Below are positions 39,857 to 50,600 of a stretch of DNA of 64,000 bases, in pieces (within the stretch, counting starts at the first letter, position 1; each line of letters starts with the position of its first letter). Where the stretch lies: contig JAZDEZ010000021.1 of assembly GCA_043808365.1 (NCBI GenBank), positions 64,403 through 128,402 on the forward strand, given 5' to 3'. Below the pieces are notes generated by a model. That model did not search any database, was not told where the DNA came from, and was given only the letters and a program-made list of their open reading frames with translations. The DNA comes from Patescibacteria group bacterium (GTDB lineage: Bacteria > Patescibacteriota > Patescibacteriia > UBA10025 > JAHIVO01). The translations under genes were made by a program, and so were the position numbers.

Positions 39857-42280
39857 TTACCTTATTTTTTTCTTTTTTTGCGTCGTAATTAATGGCGGCG
39901 GCTTGAATACGGATTTGTTGACGCCTTCCTTTGTTTCGCTTTGGGACTGGCTTGTTCCTAATCCATTTTTTATTTTTGACGCCCCGCCTGATGCGGCAGA
40001 CTTGGCCCGCTTTGGATAATCGACGGATTCCAGGTTGATGACTTCTTCGCCTTCAGGGAGGCCCTTGACCTTATTTTTTTGCAGCAGTTCAGCCTTCATG
40101 CGGATCAGGCCGCGATGCTTGGTGACGGTAATCGGTTTGCTGCGGAACGGCTCGTATCCTTCTTTCAGGATGACCACATAGTATTCGCCGGGCATGATGA
40201 AGGACGTGTACTGCCCGAGCTGGTTCGTGACGCGCGTGCCCATGATATTGCCGGTGTTGGCGTCATAGATCCTGATGACGGCCAATTCGACCGGCTGGCC
40301 CGTATCTTCGTCCACCACCAGGCCCCATGACCGGCCGATCAGGAATCCCATGATGAATTTGACGAAAACGAGCAGGATGTACACGCCAAAAATAATGAAG
40401 TTTGTAGAATATGGCTCAATGACCACCGTTAATAAACTCAGGAGAAATCCGGCGATGAGGAGCGGCGTGCTGACTTTTTCCAATACCATGCCAACAGCAT
40501 TCAGGAGGCGCAGCCATTTCATCCGCGTTTTGGTCAAAATTGACAATTTCGGGTCAAGCGGGATATTGATGGTGATGACGCCGTCATCTTTTGGACTGAC
40601 GGTGAAAAGGCCGCCCCGGTAGATTTCTTCATACTGGCTGACGATGGCGGTGCGTAAAAATTGCGAGGGGAAGACAAACCCCGCTTTTCCGGCTGTTGCC
40701 AGATACTCGCCAGGGCTGACCAGGAAGCCAAACCGGCCTTCCGCATCGGTTATTTGGCTTTCCTTCAGCTTGTTGAATTCCTTGGCGAAAATCCGGACCA
40801 GAGTCCGCGGGACCGGACGTCCGGTCGTGCTGTCAAAAACGATCCCCCATGGCCGGCGACGCTTGCCGAAGTGGATAGGCGCCATCCAAAGGTAGCTGAA
40901 GCGCAGGAAGAAATACAGCAGGTTGGTGAATTGCAAGGCTGAACTGGTCGTGACTACGCCGACTGTGGTGATGATGGCCGTGGTGGTCAGCGTGGGCTTG
41001 ATTACATCCTCAAAGGTATTGGCTACTCCCTGGTTTTGCCGTAGGTTTTTTACCGTATCACTTATTTTTTTGGTAACGTTTTGGATGGGTGCGGGCAGGA
41101 TTTTATTGATTGATTTTAGGATTTTATTGATCGTTACGGCAATCCCTGGCAGTGGCTGTTCGGGGCCAGTCGGCGCGGTCGGCGTGACTGCCGTTTCTGA
41201 ATAGACGGCAAATGTCGCTACGGTAGTGGTGGAGTTGCCGGCATTATCATTGGCGGTTATGGTGATCGTATAATCACCGTCGCCGAGACCGGCCAAGGTG
41301 TATGGTTGCGTGGCGTCAGACGCGATGGTCGTGGCTGGCCCGCCATTGACCGCCAAGGAGTAATCTTTTATCCCGGACAGCGCGTCGGTAGCGGAAAAAT
41401 TTAGACGCGGGGACTGGCTGATGGTGCGGGCGCCGTCGAGCAATTCTACCGTGAATGGGTTTGGCGGGGCGGTGTCGATGTTGATTTTGAAATGGCCGGC
41501 CGCACCCCACCCATCCTTATTCTGCGCCCGGACATGGAAATACCAGGTACCGTCCTTGATGCCGGTAAATAACTGCTTATTGTCAGTCGTATCCTGGTTA
41601 GTATCCGGCGCGGCGGTCGGTTTGTCGTCTAGCGCAGTGCTGAAGCCGGTAACTTCAGACTCGCGCGCCCAGCTGAAACCCGGGCCGCTGTTGCTGTACC
41701 ACGCGGTTTGGTCCTTGTGGGTGGCGGAGGAGATGGTCGGGGCTGACGGAACTTTTTTTTCACTCGGCGTCGGGGTGGGCGTCGGGGTGGGCTCTGCGGT
41801 CGGAGTGTTTATAGTGAAGGTCCCCGACCCCGCTGAGGCGAATAAATCCGTGCCGATGCCGTCATTGGCCAGGACGCTGGCGCCGCTGATCGTGACGCTC
41901 GCTTTACCGGCCGCTTTTGTCTTGAAGACAATGCCAATGACGGTTCCGGACGATCCGGTATAGCCAGGACTCGGCAGCCCGCCGGCGAAGGTGGACTTGC
42001 CGGTGGCATTGGAGTAGGTCGGGCTGATCGCCCACAGAGTGAATATGCCCTGGGAAGAAATCCCGGTTGCTTCCAGCAGGCTGGTCGGATAGGAGACGGT
42101 CGCTTGCGCGGAGTTGATGGCCACGCCCCCAGTATTAACCCTGACACTGACGGTAAAACTATCCCCAACCTCAACGGTTTTTGTGGACGGGCTGATGCTT
42201 AAGGTGGCCGCCTTGAGCATGCTTGGCATGGCCAGGATGATGGCTATCGCACCGAAAATAATAATCAACTTTTTTTTCAT
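39857..42280 (-). CDS. cohesin-domain surface protein with polytopic membrane region and two carboxypeptidase-regulatory-like domains
   Basis: Signal peptide, then a cohesin-like module 'ATLSISPSTKTVEVGDSFTVSVRVNTGGVAINSAQATVSYPTSLLEATGISS...GTVIGIVFKTKAAGKASVTISGASVLANDGIGTDL'. A 'PTPTPTPTP' linker and TM helices follow, then 'GIVFDSTTGRPVPRTLVRIF...DAEGRFGF' and 'GLVVDEDTGQPVELAVIRIYD...'. Confidence 0.7.
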   Translation of the reverse strand: MKKKLIIIFGAIAIILAMPSMLKAATLSISPSTKTVEVGDSFTVSVRVNTGGVAINSAQATVSYPTSLLEATGISSQGIFTLWAISPTYSNATGKSTFAGGLPSPGYTGSSGTVIGIVFKTKAAGKASVTISGASVLANDGIGTDLFASAGSGTFTINTPTAEPTPTPTPTPSEKKVPSAPTISSATHKDQTAWYSNSGPGFSWARESEVTGFSTALDDKPTAAPDTNQDTTDNKQLFTGIKDGTWYFHVRAQNKDGWGAAGHFKINIDTAPPNPFTVELLDGARTISQSPRLNFSATDALSGIKDYSLAVNGGPATTIASDATQPYTLAGLGDGDYTITITANDNAGNSTTTVATFAVYSETAVTPTAPTGPEQPLPGIAVTINKILKSINKILPAPIQNVTKKISDTVKNLRQNQGVANTFEDVIKPTLTTTAIITTVGVVTTSSALQFTNLLYFFLRFSYLWMAPIHFGKRRRPWGIVFDSTTGRPVPRTLVRIFAKEFNKLKESQITDAEGRFGFLVSPGEYLATAGKAGFVFPSQFLRTAIVSQYEEIYRGGLFTVSPKDDGVITINIPLDPKLSILTKTRMKWLRLLNAVGMVLEKVSTPLLIAGFLLSLLTVVIEPYSTNFIIFGVYILLVFVKFIMGFLIGRSWGLVVDEDTGQPVELAVIRIYDANTGNIMGTRVTNQLGQYTSFIMPGEYYVVILKEGYEPFRSKPITVTKHRGLIRMKAELLQKNKVKGLPEGEEVINLESVDYPKRAKSAASGGASKIKNGLGTSQSQSETKEGVNKSVFKPPPLITTQKKKKIR

Positions 42281-42290
42281 GGAAAATATT

Positions 42291-43418
42291 TTATCTGTGT
42301 CGAATACGCATTTTGATCAGGAGGGCGGTGGCGATGGCCAGAATGACTGCCGCGGCTATCGCAAAATAATATTTATTCTGTGGACGTTCGGTATCCGGGG
42401 CGAAGCCCCGGCTCCATTGCGCCACGTTCCCGGCCCGGTCATATGCGGTGATGAGGAGCCAGCTATGGGGGTCTTGGCTTTTTATGACAAATGGCGACGT
42501 TGAATTTCGATAAGTGGCGTTATTATCGGTGATGTCATAGCGGTCAATGCCGGAGGTGGCGTCAGTGGCGTTGAATACAACATAATATTGGCCGACGAGG
42601 ACGGTGTTGTCCTGATTGACTGAAGCCGTGACGGGCTCGGGCGGCGTGGCATCAATCTGGATGCGGCGCCGGCCGACAATTTGCCAGGTTTTGTTTTGTT
42701 GTTTTTCCTTGAGTATGAAGTAATGCGTACCGTCGGCAATATTTTCAAATGTGACCTGACCGTTTGTCCGCTCTGCCGTGTCGTCCGGCACCTCGTCCGG
42801 ATTAATGCCGAGCGTATAGCTATATTCGGCGTTTTTGATGGTCGGCCATTCGAATACTGCTTTCCGGGTGCGGTACCATTCATTCTCATCAGGGTGCGAT
42901 GGCGACGTGACGTTAATGAAATTCAGGGAATCGACCTTATAGATTCCGGAATTCAAGGTAAGTTTGGCAGGGGTGCCGGCCCCGTCATTGAGTAGGACTT
43001 GGGAGAGGGCTTGGTCGAACTTCACCTCGACGCCCCCGACATCTTTTGGCGCGAAGGTGATGGTTAGGATTTTTCCGTCAACAACATAGCTGCCGTTGGG
43101 GATGCCGCCAGTCAGGGTAATCGTACCCGCGTTTGTATCAACCGTCGGGGCGACCGGCCAGAGGGTCAGAAAAGAGCCGCCATTCGATACGCTGACCACA
43201 TTAAGCAGGTTTTTCGGATAGATGATGGTGGTGGAGATGGCATTGATGACCTGCTGTTCGCTATTCACGCGAATATCGACCATAAAGGTCTCTCCGACTG
43301 AAATAGTCCGATGGTCAGGGTAAGCCGAAAGCGTGGCCGCTTGAGCATGGTGCGCGGCACCGAAGCCAGCCCCCACGGAGAGTATCAGGAAAAGAATTGT
43401 ATAGCGAAGTAGTTTCAT
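42291..43418 (-). CDS. cohesin-domain protein with C-terminal TM anchor
   Basis: 'ATLSAYPDHRTISVGETFMVDIRVNSEQQVINAISTTIIYPKNLLNVVSVS...KILTITFAPKDVGGVEVKFDQALSQVLLNDGAGT' is paralogous to the N-terminus of the 39857..42280 protein. The C-terminal anchor is 'YYFAIAAAVILAIATALLIKMRIRHR'. Confidence 0.7.
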   Translation of the reverse strand: MKLLRYTILFLILSVGAGFGAAHHAQAATLSAYPDHRTISVGETFMVDIRVNSEQQVINAISTTIIYPKNLLNVVSVSNGGSFLTLWPVAPTVDTNAGTITLTGGIPNGSYVVDGKILTITFAPKDVGGVEVKFDQALSQVLLNDGAGTPAKLTLNSGIYKVDSLNFINVTSPSHPDENEWYRTRKAVFEWPTIKNAEYSYTLGINPDEVPDDTAERTNGQVTFENIADGTHYFILKEKQQNKTWQIVGRRRIQIDATPPEPVTASVNQDNTVLVGQYYVVFNATDATSGIDRYDITDNNATYRNSTSPFVIKSQDPHSWLLITAYDRAGNVAQWSRGFAPDTERPQNKYYFAIAAAVILAIATALLIKMRIRHR

Positions 43419-43422
43419 ACGG

Positions 43423-44337
43423 TTAGCCGGTCCAATAGAATAGTAAGATGCTAAAGTCGGTAATATTCACCCGCGTATCGCGGTTGATGTCAGCTCGCGC
43501 GTTGGTCGGGTTGGTCGTATTCCAGAAAAAAAGCAAAATACTGAAGTCAATCAGGTTGACCTTGCCGTCGCAGTTGATGTCGGCGGCCAGGGAGGTGGAA
43601 CACCGGTCTGACGTGCCGCCTTTTATTTCAAAGGCAACGGTCTTGCTGAATTCTGAAACGGAAGAATCCGACGGTTCGATGGCTTGGGCCTTGGCCGTAT
43701 ATGGGCCGGTGCTCAAATCATTGGCCCGCACCAATTGGAGCCATCGCCCGTTATTATCCGCACTGGCAGTATGCACTGCTTGCTGGGGCCCGCTCGCCGC
43801 AGACGTGCCGCTTGTTGCCGTGCTGATAGTTACATTTACCGAGCTGTTCGGCGCTGTCGTACCGGAGAGGGTGGCTGTTTCGCCGGTGGTAATGGTTGAT
43901 TTGTCGATGGTGATGGTCGGCCCCAGGAAAATACCGCTGATGGTAGTGGTGGTGCCTTCGGACATGGTGAGCGTGAAATTCGACGTGCGCCCCTGGATGC
44001 CGTCTGAGTCAGTGCCGACAATCGTGTAGGTATGGTTGCCGGGAGTTATTTTGTAGGTCACTTCAAAACGTGCCTGGGCGGACAGGGTGAACGAGGAGAG
44101 GATGGTCGCCCCTTCACTGATGGTCAAGTTTGATGAGGGGTAGGCGATACCTTTGAACGTGACGATGGTATCGGGCGTTTCTAATGGAGGCTTTTCTGGT
44201 ACGGTCGCAGTCACGACAACTTGCTGCGAAACTTGGGCCAATACAACAGAATATCCCGTGATCATGACGATCAACGGGATTATGATCAGAAGTAAAGTTA
44301 GGCGCCCATGCTGACGGGCAATTTTTTTTACATTCAT
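43423..44337 (-). CDS. dockerin-domain protein with N-terminal signal anchor
   Basis: C-terminal duplicated Ca-binding segments 'DINCDGKVNLIDFSILLFFW' and 'DINRDTRVNITDFSILLFYW' form the type I dockerin pattern. Confidence 0.75.
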   Translation of the reverse strand: MNVKKIARQHGRLTLLLIIIPLIVMITGYSVVLAQVSQQVVVTATVPEKPPLETPDTIVTFKGIAYPSSNLTISEGATILSSFTLSAQARFEVTYKITPGNHTYTIVGTDSDGIQGRTSNFTLTMSEGTTTTISGIFLGPTITIDKSTITTGETATLSGTTAPNSSVNVTISTATSGTSAASGPQQAVHTASADNNGRWLQLVRANDLSTGPYTAKAQAIEPSDSSVSEFSKTVAFEIKGGTSDRCSTSLAADINCDGKVNLIDFSILLFFWNTTNPTNARADINRDTRVNITDFSILLFYWTG

Positions 44338-45335
44338 TTAATACCCTGGGATTTTTTTACAATCCATTGGTTGTATTTTTTTATCCCCATAATCAGCGCC
44401 AGCACGACGAGTACGAGTACGACAAACCAGACCAGGAGGATATGCCACGGGAAAACCCAGAACGTCATCTGCGCGTTATCGGCCACGCTATTTGCAGATC
44501 CGGCTGTGACGCTCACTTTTGCCGTAAACCGGCCAATGGCGAAATTAGTCCGCTCATTTGCATATTCTTGCCAGAAGCCTGACCAGGCATTGCCAGTTGA
44601 TTCGTTCACTGACATTTTTTCCCATGTCGTTTCATACCGACGGCTTGAGCTGGGCAATGTGGCGCCATTCGCTGAATTGAATGCCAGCTTGGCCTGCTCT
44701 TTGCCGAACATATTGGTAATGGCGATGCTGCCCGTCGGCCGCAGGTGGATATTGCCGGTATTTTTAAATATCGTGTAGAATTTGACCGGTAAACGGTTAA
44801 ATCCTTTTTGGGCGCTAAAACTGTCGAACTCGGAAATTGAGCCGCTTTCCTTAACATCACCACTTACCTGAGCCAGGAGCAATGTGCCTATTTTAGAAGC
44901 GATACGCACTTGTCCGTCAGCCGGCGGAGAGGTGGTGAAAAAAACCGCCGCGTAATGGCCGCCCGGGTCAGCGTCTGTCGGCGTATTGATGGTGACCGGC
45001 ACCTCGAACCGCGCGCCCGGGTTCACGGTAATCGGTCCCTTTTGCACGGTGACCCAGGTGCTGAAGCCAACCTGCTCCGCATCGGTGAAATCAAAGGCAG
45101 GCTGGCCGGAGTCGCCGCTCGCAGTGAAATTTTTCACCTCGGTATATAGTTCCACCGGCGCCGTGGTTTCATTGAAAATTTTAATGGATGTTTTTGTCGG
45201 CTCGCCTTTGATCAGTCCAAACTCAAGCATGGGCGGAATCAGGGTAATGGCTTTTGCCGTCCCGGGGACGGCCACAAAGGCCAAGCTGACGGCCAAACAA
45301 AATAGAATTGTTTTTAGAACCATTTTTTGGTTCAT
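44334..45335 (-). CDS. DUF916/DUF3324-like cell-surface protein (signal peptide, two beta-rich domains, C-terminal TM)
   Basis: Architecture plus motifs 'SIKIFNETTAPVELYTEVKNF...GQPAFDF', 'PGGHYAAVFF' and 'GNIHLRPTGSIAITNMFG', with the anchor 'WHILLVWFVVLVLVVLALIMGIKK'. The family assignment is by resemblance, not by search. Confidence 0.5.
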   Translation of the reverse strand: MNQKMVLKTILFCLAVSLAFVAVPGTAKAITLIPPMLEFGLIKGEPTKTSIKIFNETTAPVELYTEVKNFTASGDSGQPAFDFTDAEQVGFSTWVTVQKGPITVNPGARFEVPVTINTPTDADPGGHYAAVFFTTSPPADGQVRIASKIGTLLLAQVSGDVKESGSISEFDSFSAQKGFNRLPVKFYTIFKNTGNIHLRPTGSIAITNMFGKEQAKLAFNSANGATLPSSSRRYETTWEKMSVNESTGNAWSGFWQEYANERTNFAIGRFTAKVSVTAGSANSVADNAQMTFWVFPWHILLVWFVVLVLVVLALIMGIKKYNQWIVKKSQGIK

Positions 45336-45369
45336 AACTGCTGGGTTTATGGAAAAGTTTTTTTTAAGC

Positions 45370-46293
45370 CTATTTTTTCTGAGCCGCCGGCGGAATCACA
45401 GGCGTCCCTTGGGACCGCTTCAAAAGCATGACTGCCAGGAGGATGAGGATGATGGCAAGCACGATGATGACGATCATCGATGTGCCCGAGAAGAACCAGA
45501 AGTGCAGGGTTTCGGTATTGACCACAGTTCCGTATTTCAAGGTGAGAGTGGCCGTATATTGGCCGTATCCGTTGCCGATGTTTTGCCAATCCGCAACGCC
45601 GTATTCCCTGGTTGTGCCAGGCAATGTCGCGCCAAGCTCCTCATTGATCGTGATGGTTTTCGCTACTTTGCCCCACATATTCTTAACGACGATGGAGCCG
45701 GTCGGCTTCAAGTGCACGTCGCCGGTATTGGCATAGCGGACGATGAAAGAGATCGGACCTTTATCGAAGTAGGCTTTGCTGTTTTCTGTGGTGAAGGTAG
45801 CAACTTCGCCTGACTGCGTGTACGTTCCTTTGACCGTGGCCAGGAACAGGGCGCCAAGCTTGGACTCGATGTTCACTTTTGTCGCGTCTGTGCCGGGAAT
45901 TTCATTGAAGAAGACGGCAACATAGTGGCCGCCCGGAGTAGCCGTGGCGGGCGTGTTGAATGTCACCAGTACGGACTGCTTTTGGCCCGGCGCGAGCGTG
46001 AATGGGCCGCTTTCTGGCGAGGTCCAAGTGGCGATATCAGTTGGCGTGGCATTGAAATCAAAGGCCGGTTCGCCAGTTTCGTTTTTCGCGATGAAATTGA
46101 CCACTTGGGTCGTGAGTATAATTTCTTTTTGTGTTTCGTTTTCCAGGTCGACTGACGTGACTGTCTTTTCGCCCGGGGTCAGCATCACTTCGCGGGAGGT
46201 CGGCTTGAGCGTTAACGCTCCGACTTGGTTCGGCAGAGCCAGGGCGGCCACAAACAGGGCGGCCATGGCTAGGAGTGAAATTTTTTTCGCCAT
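45370..46293 (-). CDS. DUF916/DUF3324-like cell-surface protein, paralog
   Basis: Collinear with the 44334..45335 protein: 'SVDLENETQKEIILTTQVVNF...GEPAFDF', 'PGGHYVAVFF', 'GDVHLKPTGSIVVKNMWG', and the C-terminal TM 'MIVIIVLAIILILLAVMLLKR'. Confidence 0.5.
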   Translation of the reverse strand: MAKKISLLAMAALFVAALALPNQVGALTLKPTSREVMLTPGEKTVTSVDLENETQKEIILTTQVVNFIAKNETGEPAFDFNATPTDIATWTSPESGPFTLAPGQKQSVLVTFNTPATATPGGHYVAVFFNEIPGTDATKVNIESKLGALFLATVKGTYTQSGEVATFTTENSKAYFDKGPISFIVRYANTGDVHLKPTGSIVVKNMWGKVAKTITINEELGATLPGTTREYGVADWQNIGNGYGQYTATLTLKYGTVVNTETLHFWFFSGTSMIVIIVLAIILILLAVMLLKRSQGTPVIPPAAQKK

Positions 46294-46373
46294 AGGATGA
46301 CTAAATTATTTAATAAATGATCCTACCCTCCCCTCCAAAAGTCCTTTGGCGGAGGAAAGAAAAATTAAAGCAC

Positions 46374-47408
46374 TTAGAACAAACCGACGGTTACGAAGGT
46401 GACGGTCTGGGTGTAGGCGCCAGCCACCGTATCAGCGGCGATAGCGGCGGCATAGCAGATAGTTCTCGTCTCATCAACCGGACCCGAAGTCGCTCCAGCG
46501 ATTGATTGTTGGCTGGTGGTCAGGGCAGTGACGGTGTATGGCGCGCTGCCGCAAGCCGCATCATTGGCGATGGTTTGGTCGGTATCAGTAGTGGCGATAC
46601 CATAACCAGCCGTAGCGGCTACTAGATTAGTCGTAACGGCGGCGATCGTGTTTGAGCCGTTGCGGAGGTTGCCGTCAGAATATACGTAGGTCGCGTAGCC
46701 GTTTGCCGCATTAGTAATCGTTTGAACCGTGTGGCTTGAATTCGCTACCGAGCCGGTGGAGAGCGTGCCGAGATTGATGCTGGTCGCGCTCAGCGTGAAG
46801 GTGATGCTCGGCGGGACGGTGGCGGACACGGACACCTGGTCAAGGGCGATGATGTCAATAGCTGCCTGGGCCGTATCGATGGGATCAGTCCCGTCATTTG
46901 TTGTTATCGTAATTAGGCCAGTGGTGGTATTAGCAGGAGTCCCTAATTTACCGGTCGAACCGCCAGCAATTTGGACGCCGTATTTGGTAGTGGCGGCCAG
47001 GTCGGTTACTGCTTCGACGGTGATCGTGTCATAATTAGAAGCGCCAACACCTTTTACGCATTTTGCGGTTAAAGTACCTGGGAGCGCGGTGGCGCTTTCC
47101 GTGCCGCCGGTGGGGTTGGTAATACCGGTGGCGACTAGGTCAGTTCCCGCGGTGGCGCACCACGTACCATCATCACCGTCCGGAAAGACGATTATGACTT
47201 TATTGGCGGTTCCACCGCCAGCTACTGCGCCGAAAGTGGTAAAGAACACCTGGTGGACCTCGCCTGTGGTCAGGTTTTCCTGCACGCGGCTGAGGTAGTC
47301 GCGGGGCGTGGTTAGCGTGGCGGCCTGGGCGGCAGTCCATGGCATAACCATGGTAAATACAAAAAGCGCCGCATAGAGGGCCACTGAGAGTTTTTTGGCA
47401 ATCTTCAT
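46374..47408 (-). CDS. secreted protein ending in the same 143-aa C-terminal domain as the giant protein (WxL/SCPU-like by pattern)
   Basis: Signal peptide 'MKIAKKLSVALYAALFVFTMVMPWTAAQA'. The last 143 aa are about 70% identical (by eye) to the last 143 aa of the 47608..59220 protein, and both end in 'VTFVTVGLF'. Confidence 0.6.
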   Translation of the reverse strand: MKIAKKLSVALYAALFVFTMVMPWTAAQAATLTTPRDYLSRVQENLTTGEVHQVFFTTFGAVAGGGTANKVIIVFPDGDDGTWCATAGTDLVATGITNPTGGTESATALPGTLTAKCVKGVGASNYDTITVEAVTDLAATTKYGVQIAGGSTGKLGTPANTTTGLITITTNDGTDPIDTAQAAIDIIALDQVSVSATVPPSITFTLSATSINLGTLSTGSVANSSHTVQTITNAANGYATYVYSDGNLRNGSNTIAAVTTNLVAATAGYGIATTDTDQTIANDAACGSAPYTVTALTTSQQSIAGATSGPVDETRTICYAAAIAADTVAGAYTQTVTFVTVGLF

Positions 47409-47607
47409 ATACGTTTGCTTTAGCTTATTAATTATATTTTAATTATTCTTTGTTTTTTCAGACGTTTTAGACGAAAAACGTCTATTATTAGTATATTTCA
47501 ATATCATTATAACACACTTTTTGAAACTTGGCAAGAATATATTAGTCGTTTCTGGTCTAATCCTTGCCAATATCTAGTATTGATTTATTATACAACCAAA
47601 AAGTCAT

Positions 47608-50600
47608 TTAGAACAATCCGACCGTCACGAAGGTGACTATTTGAGAATAATTGCCAGCTACCGTATCGCTGGCAATGGCGGCCTGATAGCAGACCGTTGA
47701 GGTTTCGTCGGCTGGGCCTGATGTGGCGCCGGCCACGGCTTGTTGTGAAGTGGTCAGGGCGGTGACATTGTATGGCGCGCTCCCACAGCTTGCATCCTGG
47801 GTTATGGTTTGGCTGGCATCGGACGTGGCAATGCCATACCCTTCGGTCCCGGATGATAAAGTGCCGGTTGCTGAATTTATCGTGTTGCCGCCGTTAAGCA
47901 GGTCGCCATCCACGTAAACATAGGTCGCGTATCCGCTATCAGCACTGGTGACAGTCTGGATAGTGTGTGAAGCAGTCGCCACGCTCCCAGTCGCTAAGGT
48001 GCCCAGATTAAGGCTATTGGCGCTAAGCGTGAAGGTCAGGGCGGTAAAATCCCAACAGGTGTTGCCGGCGGAATTTTTATTGGAGACATGAGTGCCGTCA
48101 ATATCAGGCGGCTGGCCGCAGGCATAGGAGTCCTTGACGTCCGTATTCTTCACGGTCCGGGTGCCGGCAGAGTTCAGGTTCCAGGCACTGCCGCCGGCAG
48201 AACTGCGGAGGTAGACCCGGGTATGCTGGGCCTGGCCATTGAAGCTGATGTTTTGGAACGTATATGTATTGGTGGCAGTGAATCGCAGTTTTGTATTGGC
48301 CGTGGTAGCGGTAAACGTACCGGCCGTTTCAGCGCCGGCGGCGAATATGACTGACGGGGACGTGTCTGGATCCGAGCCGGAAGCATTGGTAATGGTCAAA
48401 TTATTGAATTTCCCGGTGGCACCGGTCAAAGTGCCGGAGAACGTTTGTTGGCTAGCGCCATCAGCAGTGACTGTTCCGGAGTTGGCCGTGAAGGTGTCGT
48501 TGTTTGTCCAGTTGCCGGCAATAGTGACGGCAAAATTTGATCCGCTCTTGGTGTCGAGCGTGCCGCCGGTGATCAGCAGGCTGCCGTTCACGTCCAGCGC
48601 CGAGTCGAGCTGGAAGGTGGCCGGTCCCCCGCCGTCGTTCAGCGTCAAGTTATTGAATGACGCGCTGGCCGCCCCGGTTGAGTTGATGGTCCTGGTGCCG
48701 GAAGCGGCATCGAGGGTGACGGTGCCGCTATTTGCCGTGAACGTGCCGGCGTTTGTCCAGCCAGCGCCCACGGTGAAGCTGGCCGTGGAGGAGGCTTGCA
48801 AAACGCCTGACCCGCCGATGGTGACGTCGCCGCCGACATCCAGTATCCGGTCATTCGTTTCATTGTCCATAGTGCCGGCAGTAACGTTCAAATTATTGGC
48901 TACCGTCAGCGTATTGGTGGCTGGCCGCCAGGTGCCGCCTGAACCGTTGAAGGTGAGTACGTAGAAGGCGGACGAGCCGGGGTTAATAGACTTCGGGCCC
49001 GATGTCGCATCGAAGGTAACGGTTCCATTGTTGTGGGTGAAGGCGCCGGCATTGGTCCACCCGCCAGCCACCGTGAAGCTGGCGGAGGCTGGAGCGGTAA
49101 AGGTAACATTGGCCGTACTGATATTGACATCTCCATTCACATCCAGAATGCGGTTAGCGGCATCGGTCACGGCCAGCGAGGTGCCGGCATTGGTCATGGT
49201 CAGGGCGTTGGCTACGGTGATGGTGCCGGTGTTTGTCCCGTTGAAAGTAATGGTCGGCGCTGTCGCGGCAGTATTGGTAAACGTCAGGTTATAAAAACTC
49301 CACGCAGTCGACCCGGCCACTTGGGCACCGAATGCCTTACTGGCACTGACTGACTGGGTAAACGTGTTCGTCCCCGCGCTGTTCATGGTAATGGTGCCGC
49401 ACGAGGCGCCGCACTGGACATTGCCGTTCACGGTGACATTGGCCGTGCCGGCGGCCGTATTGAACGTGCCGTTGGTCATGGTCAAATCGTTCGTTATCGT
49501 CATGGTGTTGGTAAGAGGCGACCAGGCTCCGCCACTGCCGTTAAAAATGACGTCGTAGAACGACGACGAGCCGGGATTGATGGTGTTGCCAGAATCCGTC
49601 GCGTCAAACGTTACCGGCGCTGTCCGGGCAGTGAATATGTCGCTGTTCAACCAGTTATTGCCGACATTGATGGCGTTGTTTTCGCCGGTCACCGTATCCA
49701 GCGTGCCGCCGGTGATAGTAAGGTCGTTTTTTACGACTAACGGATCCTCAACTTCAACAGTAAGGGAATTGCCTCCATCGTTGATCGTTAGGTTGTACAG
49801 AGCATAACTGTCGCCGCTTCCGTTCGTGATCAGATCGTCAGTTCCGGTGGTGCCATCGAATTGGACGGTCGACTGATCGTAGATGAATTGCCCCCCACTC
49901 TGGATATCAAACTCGTCCCCGGTGGTGATAAGGGATTCATCAGAATCACACCCAGCCCCTTCGCAGGTCGTTGCGTCGAGCGTCCCCTCGATTTGGATGC
50001 CGTTTGAACCGACGTCAACCTCATACCCGTCAGTTTCGAATACATCACCGGTCCTGACGCGTAGCCTGCTCGCTGCAAAATCGCTGTCGAGATTGGTAGT
50101 ATCGGGTGAAGTGCCAATTTCCACGCTGCCAATATCTTGCTTAACCGCAGTACCATCGGTATAAATCAGATCCCCGTCAAAAATTACCAAACCAGTTCCC
50201 GACGCTTTAGTGAAGGTCGTGCCGGCGCTGAGAGTGAAATCGTCCGCCACATTGAGATTGGCGTTCGCCGCCTGGGTAAAACCGCCGCTGGTTACTTTGA
50301 AAGTGCCGTTGACATCCTGGGCGTCGGCCGATGAAACGCTGCCGCCCGACACCTCGAAGTTCTGCAATGTCTGGCTGGCTGAGGTCAGGCTCTTTGAGGA
50401 GCCGTTCATTTTCAAAGTGTTGCCGGCCGTAGCGGTGTACGTGCCATTGGTGAAATTGACATTGCCGCCGACCGTCCAGATGCCCGTCCCAGAAGTGATG
50501 GCCGGGGTGGCGGATCCGCCCTTGGTAAAGGTGAGATCGCCGGTTGCGTTGACTGTCGGATTGACGGACGCGTCGAGCGTCAGAACCTGGCTCTGGCTCG

